Source of the DNA: a virus
Taxonomy: Duplodnaviria; Caudoviricetes
DNA: 26,592 bases
Reading direction: 5' to 3' (one strand)
IMG/VR virus record: IMGVR_UViG_3300037991_006185
Span: 1-26,592 of that record
The position numbers and the translations under genes are program-made. This document shows, piece after piece, positions 23,438 to 26,592 of this stretch (position 1 is its first letter; each line of letters begins with the position of its first letter). The notes under the pieces were generated by a model, which was given only the letters and a program-made list of their open reading frames with translations, had not been told where the DNA came from and made no database searches.

Positions 23438-25633
23438 TTAAATAGTATTTAAGTTTGATACGAAAATTCTTCCGTAGAATTCTGGTCTTAACATCTTCTT
23501 AGCATAACGAGTTAATAAACCTTTTCTTGGAGTGAAGGTTGTTGGATCGTATACCATTGGAGTCATGATAAGCGGAATGTATGGAGCAAATACTGCACCA
23601 GCTTCCAAGAATTGTCCACCTCTATATCCTAATAATATAGTATTATCAGTCATATATGGGTTTTTATATACTTGGTATCTTCCGTTCATTGAACCAGCTT
23701 TCTGTACACCAAATGCATAGCTCATTTTAGCAGCATCACCATCTGAGTTACTAGCAAATCCTGGAATAGATTCGATAATAGTAGCTACTGATGGAGAACA
23801 TACCATAAAGTTAGCACCACCTCTAAGAGTTCTTTGGTGGATGATGTTAGAAAGTTTCTGAACTTTAGTTCCTAATGTTTGGAACCACTGTCCTTGAGAG
23901 TTAAAGAATCCTAATGCACTATTAACAATACCATCTCTATCGATAGCTAAGTTGTTTTGTGCACTCCAATACTCATCACCAGCACCAGCTGATTCGATTA
24001 GCATTGCAAGAATTTCTTGGTCTATTTCTAATGAAATGTACTCACTCATGATTGAAGTTAATTCAGCTTCTGCATCTAGAGAATGGTAAGCATTTAGATC
24101 TTGAGCGAACTCAGGCGTCCAAACAGCTTTTAATTTTCTAGTTTTAGCAACGATAGCCTCACTTCTCATTTGTACATTGATTTCTGGAATTGCGATTGGC
24201 GTGTTGAATCCAGCAGCACCTAAAGCAGCGTTTCCATCTTCGAAATCACCTCTGTTGTTATCAACAGGTTGTAGTGTTTGTAAACAAACAATACCAGTAC
24301 CTAATGCATTTGCAGTTGAGTTAGTAGGGTTAGCTGTAGATAAATCTGTTACCCATCCAGCAACAACACCTGCAGTAATAGTACCTAAACCAAACATTGA
24401 AATTACACCAGCAGCAGGAATTTGTGATCCAGCAGCACCGTTAGCTTCAATAGTATAAGTACAAGTAATACCACCTTGGTTAGGTAATGCAGCAGCAGAC
24501 CATGTTAAAACATCTCCAGCAGCATATCCTTCACCAGGATTGTTAACAACAAATGTTGGTACGTTACCAGCACCAAATCCAATTGCATCAAGAGTAAATC
24601 CTCTACCATTAACAGAAGTTGAAGTAGTTGGAGGAACGTTGAAGTCATTTGCTCCTAAAGCACCACCGTTACCACTAGCAACACAGTCAGTAGCTAAAAG
24701 AATTGAACAAGCTCTTGCAGCAATTACTGTACCAGCTACGTTACCAGCACCAGCAGTTGGAGCTACAAATATACCACCTTGTACTAATTTAGTAAATTCT
24801 GGTAATTGAGTTCCTACTAATGCACCAGCAGCAGTTGTAAGGTAAAAACCTTCAATTGCTTCTAGGTCAGCAAAAGTTTGTAATAGTGTAGTTGCAGCAT
24901 TAGCTGAAGTAGTTGCAGCAAAAGAACATCCTGTTACTGTACTAGCTTGTGCTAATTGCTGACCATTTATAGATGCAGCAGCAACCCCAGTTAATGTAAA
25001 TGGGAAATCTGAATTTGCATCTAAATCTAAATACCAATCAGCATTTCTTACGATACCTACGTTCTGTGTTGAAGCAGCAGGAGCGAAATTTTGAGTTGAG
25101 TATCCAAATCTACCAGCTCCATAAAGACCACCTGCAGCAGCGTTACCAAAACCACTAGTGTTAGTAGCTGGGTTGTCTGGAGAAGGAGTACCATATAAAG
25201 AATCACCAATTGCAAATGGTTGTTTTGCAGCATTCGCTACATCCGCAGGCGATTCAATTTGCGTACCACCGTATTGGAAGTCTAGATAAAATACTAGACC
25301 AGAAGGTAAGTTCATTGGTTGAACGCTAACAAATTCTTTTGCAGCGATTTGTCCAAATACTTTTCTTACCAAAGGTAAGGCAACACCAGCCCATTGACCA
25401 GCAGGACCTGTACCTGCAGTAAAAGTACCAGTACCTCCACCCGTTTGAGTGTTCTCTGTTACTAACTGCTTAGCTTGATTCTCTAAAATCATAGACATAT
25501 TATTTTTGTCTGTTTCAGAGTTCATGCCTTCAAGTAGACCAGTTTTAGCCCACTTGCTAGCTAATCTTGCAGCATCACTTTGTAGTGATTTGTAAGTATT
25601 AGCCGATTCTAAAAGTGAATTTAATTGTGACAT
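23438..25633 (-). CDS. gp23: Major capsid protein (T4 gp23-like), 731 aa, with enlarged insertion region
   Basis: LPLVRKVF, VSVQPMNLPSGLVFYL, AKTRKLKAVWTPEFAQDLNAYH.LDAEAEL, EIDQEI, RGGANFMVCSP, GAVFAPYIPL, FTPRKGLLTRYA. Confidence 0.95.
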   Translation of the reverse strand: MSQLNSLLESANTYKSLQSDAARLASKWAKTGLLEGMNSETDKNNMSMILENQAKQLVTENTQTGGGTGTFTAGTGPAGQWAGVALPLVRKVFGQIAAKEFVSVQPMNLPSGLVFYLDFQYGGTQIESPADVANAAKQPFAIGDSLYGTPSPDNPATNTSGFGNAAAGGLYGAGRFGYSTQNFAPAASTQNVGIVRNADWYLDLDANSDFPFTLTGVAAASINGQQLAQASTVTGCSFAATTSANAATTLLQTFADLEAIEGFYLTTAAGALVGTQLPEFTKLVQGGIFVAPTAGAGNVAGTVIAARACSILLATDCVASGNGGALGANDFNVPPTTSTSVNGRGFTLDAIGFGAGNVPTFVVNNPGEGYAAGDVLTWSAAALPNQGGITCTYTIEANGAAGSQIPAAGVISMFGLGTITAGVVAGWVTDLSTANPTNSTANALGTGIVCLQTLQPVDNNRGDFEDGNAALGAAGFNTPIAIPEINVQMRSEAIVAKTRKLKAVWTPEFAQDLNAYHSLDAEAELTSIMSEYISLEIDQEILAMLIESAGAGDEYWSAQNNLAIDRDGIVNSALGFFNSQGQWFQTLGTKVQKLSNIIHQRTLRGGANFMVCSPSVATIIESIPGFASNSDGDAAKMSYAFGVQKAGSMNGRYQVYKNPYMTDNTILLGYRGGQFLEAGAVFAPYIPLIMTPMVYDPTTFTPRKGLLTRYAKKMLRPEFYGRIFVSNLNTI

Positions 25634-25658
25634 TTTAGTTTTCAGTTTTGATTAATAA

Positions 25659-26592
25659 TTAATTTTTAATGATACCAGCTAATTTCTGGAATCTTTTTAC
25701 CATTTTGTCTGATTCAACAATAGGTTGTTTAGCAGTCTTTTTAACAGCAATACCAGCGGATTTAGAAGCTCTACCTAAATTTTCATTTACGTATGTTTTC
25801 TTAGATTTTACTCCTGCATCAACAGTTTCATATACTAATTTTGCTTCTTTTACTGTAGTAGCTTTGTCAAAAGATTCTAATACTTTTACCTTTTGTGATT
25901 CAGATAAATTTTTAGATTTAAAGATTTTGTTAGTATAAAGTAACTTAGCATTAAGTAAATTGATTTCGTTTAACTCAGTTTTTAAAGTTTTTACTGTATC
26001 ATAAGCTTCAGCTAACTGTGCTTTTAATGATTCAACTTCTTCTTTATTGACTTTGTTTCTTCCAGGTCCTTTATCTTCACCTTTTGCTTCCGCATCACGC
26101 TTACCAAATTTCCCATAAGAATCATCTCTACGAGCTTTCATAGATTGTTTCTTACCTTTTTCAGCACCTCTACGCATTCCAAGACTTTCATCTTCTCTAT
26201 CATCGTATCCTTGCTTTTTTCTTTCGTCAATTTCTTCTTTTGCTTCGTCTAATTCTACATCAACAGCTGTTGACATATCATCTTCTACTTCTACTTCTCC
26301 ATCTTCAACATCTACATCAACGTCATCTTCGAATGATTCACCAGCTTCTAATTCGCCAGCTCCAACCATATCTTCAATTACGTCTTCAATGAATTTTTTA
26401 AGATCCTCTTCTGACATATCTTCAAGGTCGATATCTTCGTCCTCGTCCATGTCTTCTTCAGCATCTTTCATACCATCTTTATATCCTTCTTCTTCAGCAT
26501 CTGTACGCTCGTCTTCTTTGATTTCATCTTTGTCGTCAGCTTTTTTAGCTTCTTCCATTTTGTCCTCTTTTTTGTCGTCGTCTTTTGCTTCG
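25659..26592 (-). CDS. Prohead core / scaffolding protein (gp22-like role), 5'-truncated
   Basis: Frame stays open from the track's Met (26558) to the window edge (EAKDDDKKEDK-MEE...), so the true start is outside. Very acidic low-complexity region, then coiled coil LNEINLLNAKLLYTNK and C-terminal RFQKLAGI; directly upstream of the capsid gene. Confidence 0.8.
   Translation of the reverse strand, partial: EAKDDDKKEDKMEEAKKADDKDEIKEDERTDAEEEGYKDGMKDAEEDMDEDEDIDLEDMSEEDLKKFIEDVIEDMVGAGELEAGESFEDDVDVDVEDGEVEVEDDMSTAVDVELDEAKEEIDERKKQGYDDREDESLGMRRGAEKGKKQSMKARRDDSYGKFGKRDAEAKGEDKGPGRNKVNKEEVESLKAQLAEAYDTVKTLKTELNEINLLNAKLLYTNKIFKSKNLSESQKVKVLESFDKATTVKEAKLVYETVDAGVKSKKTYVNENLGRASKSAGIAVKKTAKQPIVESDKMVKRFQKLAGIIKN

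Larger units (their letters stand above)
1..26592 (-). mobile_element. Virion morphogenesis region of a large T4-like myovirus (phage genome fragment); no host genes, integrase or att sites seen
   Basis: Co-oriented scaffold, gp23-type capsid, neck, sheath, tube and tape-measure-like genes fill the whole window. Confidence 0.95.

Noticed and set aside
19274-25938. Plus-strand ORFs (19274, 20779, 23532, 24177, 24540, 25669)
   Set aside because: Antisense shadows of neck, capsid and scaffold genes.
26556-26558. Track's start codon for the scaffold protein
   Set aside because: The frame is open to the window edge with the same composition, so the Met is probably internal.
1-26592. Stop-codon reassignment (TAG/TGA recoding as in some large phages)
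   Set aside because: Genes are full-length under the standard code and TAG ends several genes cleanly, one directly abutting the next ATG.

Overview
AT-rich, gene-dense segment of a large tailed dsDNA phage with T4-like (myovirus) structural genes. All credible genes are on the minus strand. In transcription order (right to left): prohead core/scaffold protein (5'-truncated), gp23-type major capsid protein with a large insertion, a 444-aa structural protein, gp13/gp14/gp15-like neck and tail-terminator proteins, a 3247-aa fibre of proline-free Gly-X-Y (GSS/GTS/GND) tracts with six spacer domains and a C-terminal Peptidase_S74 chaperone, a 686-aa S74-bearing protein, an RMT2/GAMT-like methyltransferase, an 85-aa coiled-coil protein, gp18 sheath, gp19 tube, a gp26-like protein plus an overlapping out-of-frame ORF, and a tape-measure-like protein (3'-truncated, absent from the ORF track). 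Main leads: (1) a candidate +1/-2 programmed frameshift at AAA_TTT_TTT_TGG between tube and tape measure; (2) a beta-rich 'GxGYxxGD' module shared by capsid, sheath and the 444-aa protein, apparently nested inside itself up to three deep; (3) the giant Ser-rich Gly-X-Y fibre co-translated with an RMT2/GAMT-type methyltransferase; (4) a recurring upstream motif ATAT(T/G)TAT(A/C)(A/C), whose core is the reverse complement of the T4 late promoter. All family assignments are from motif recognition by eye; no database searches were run.
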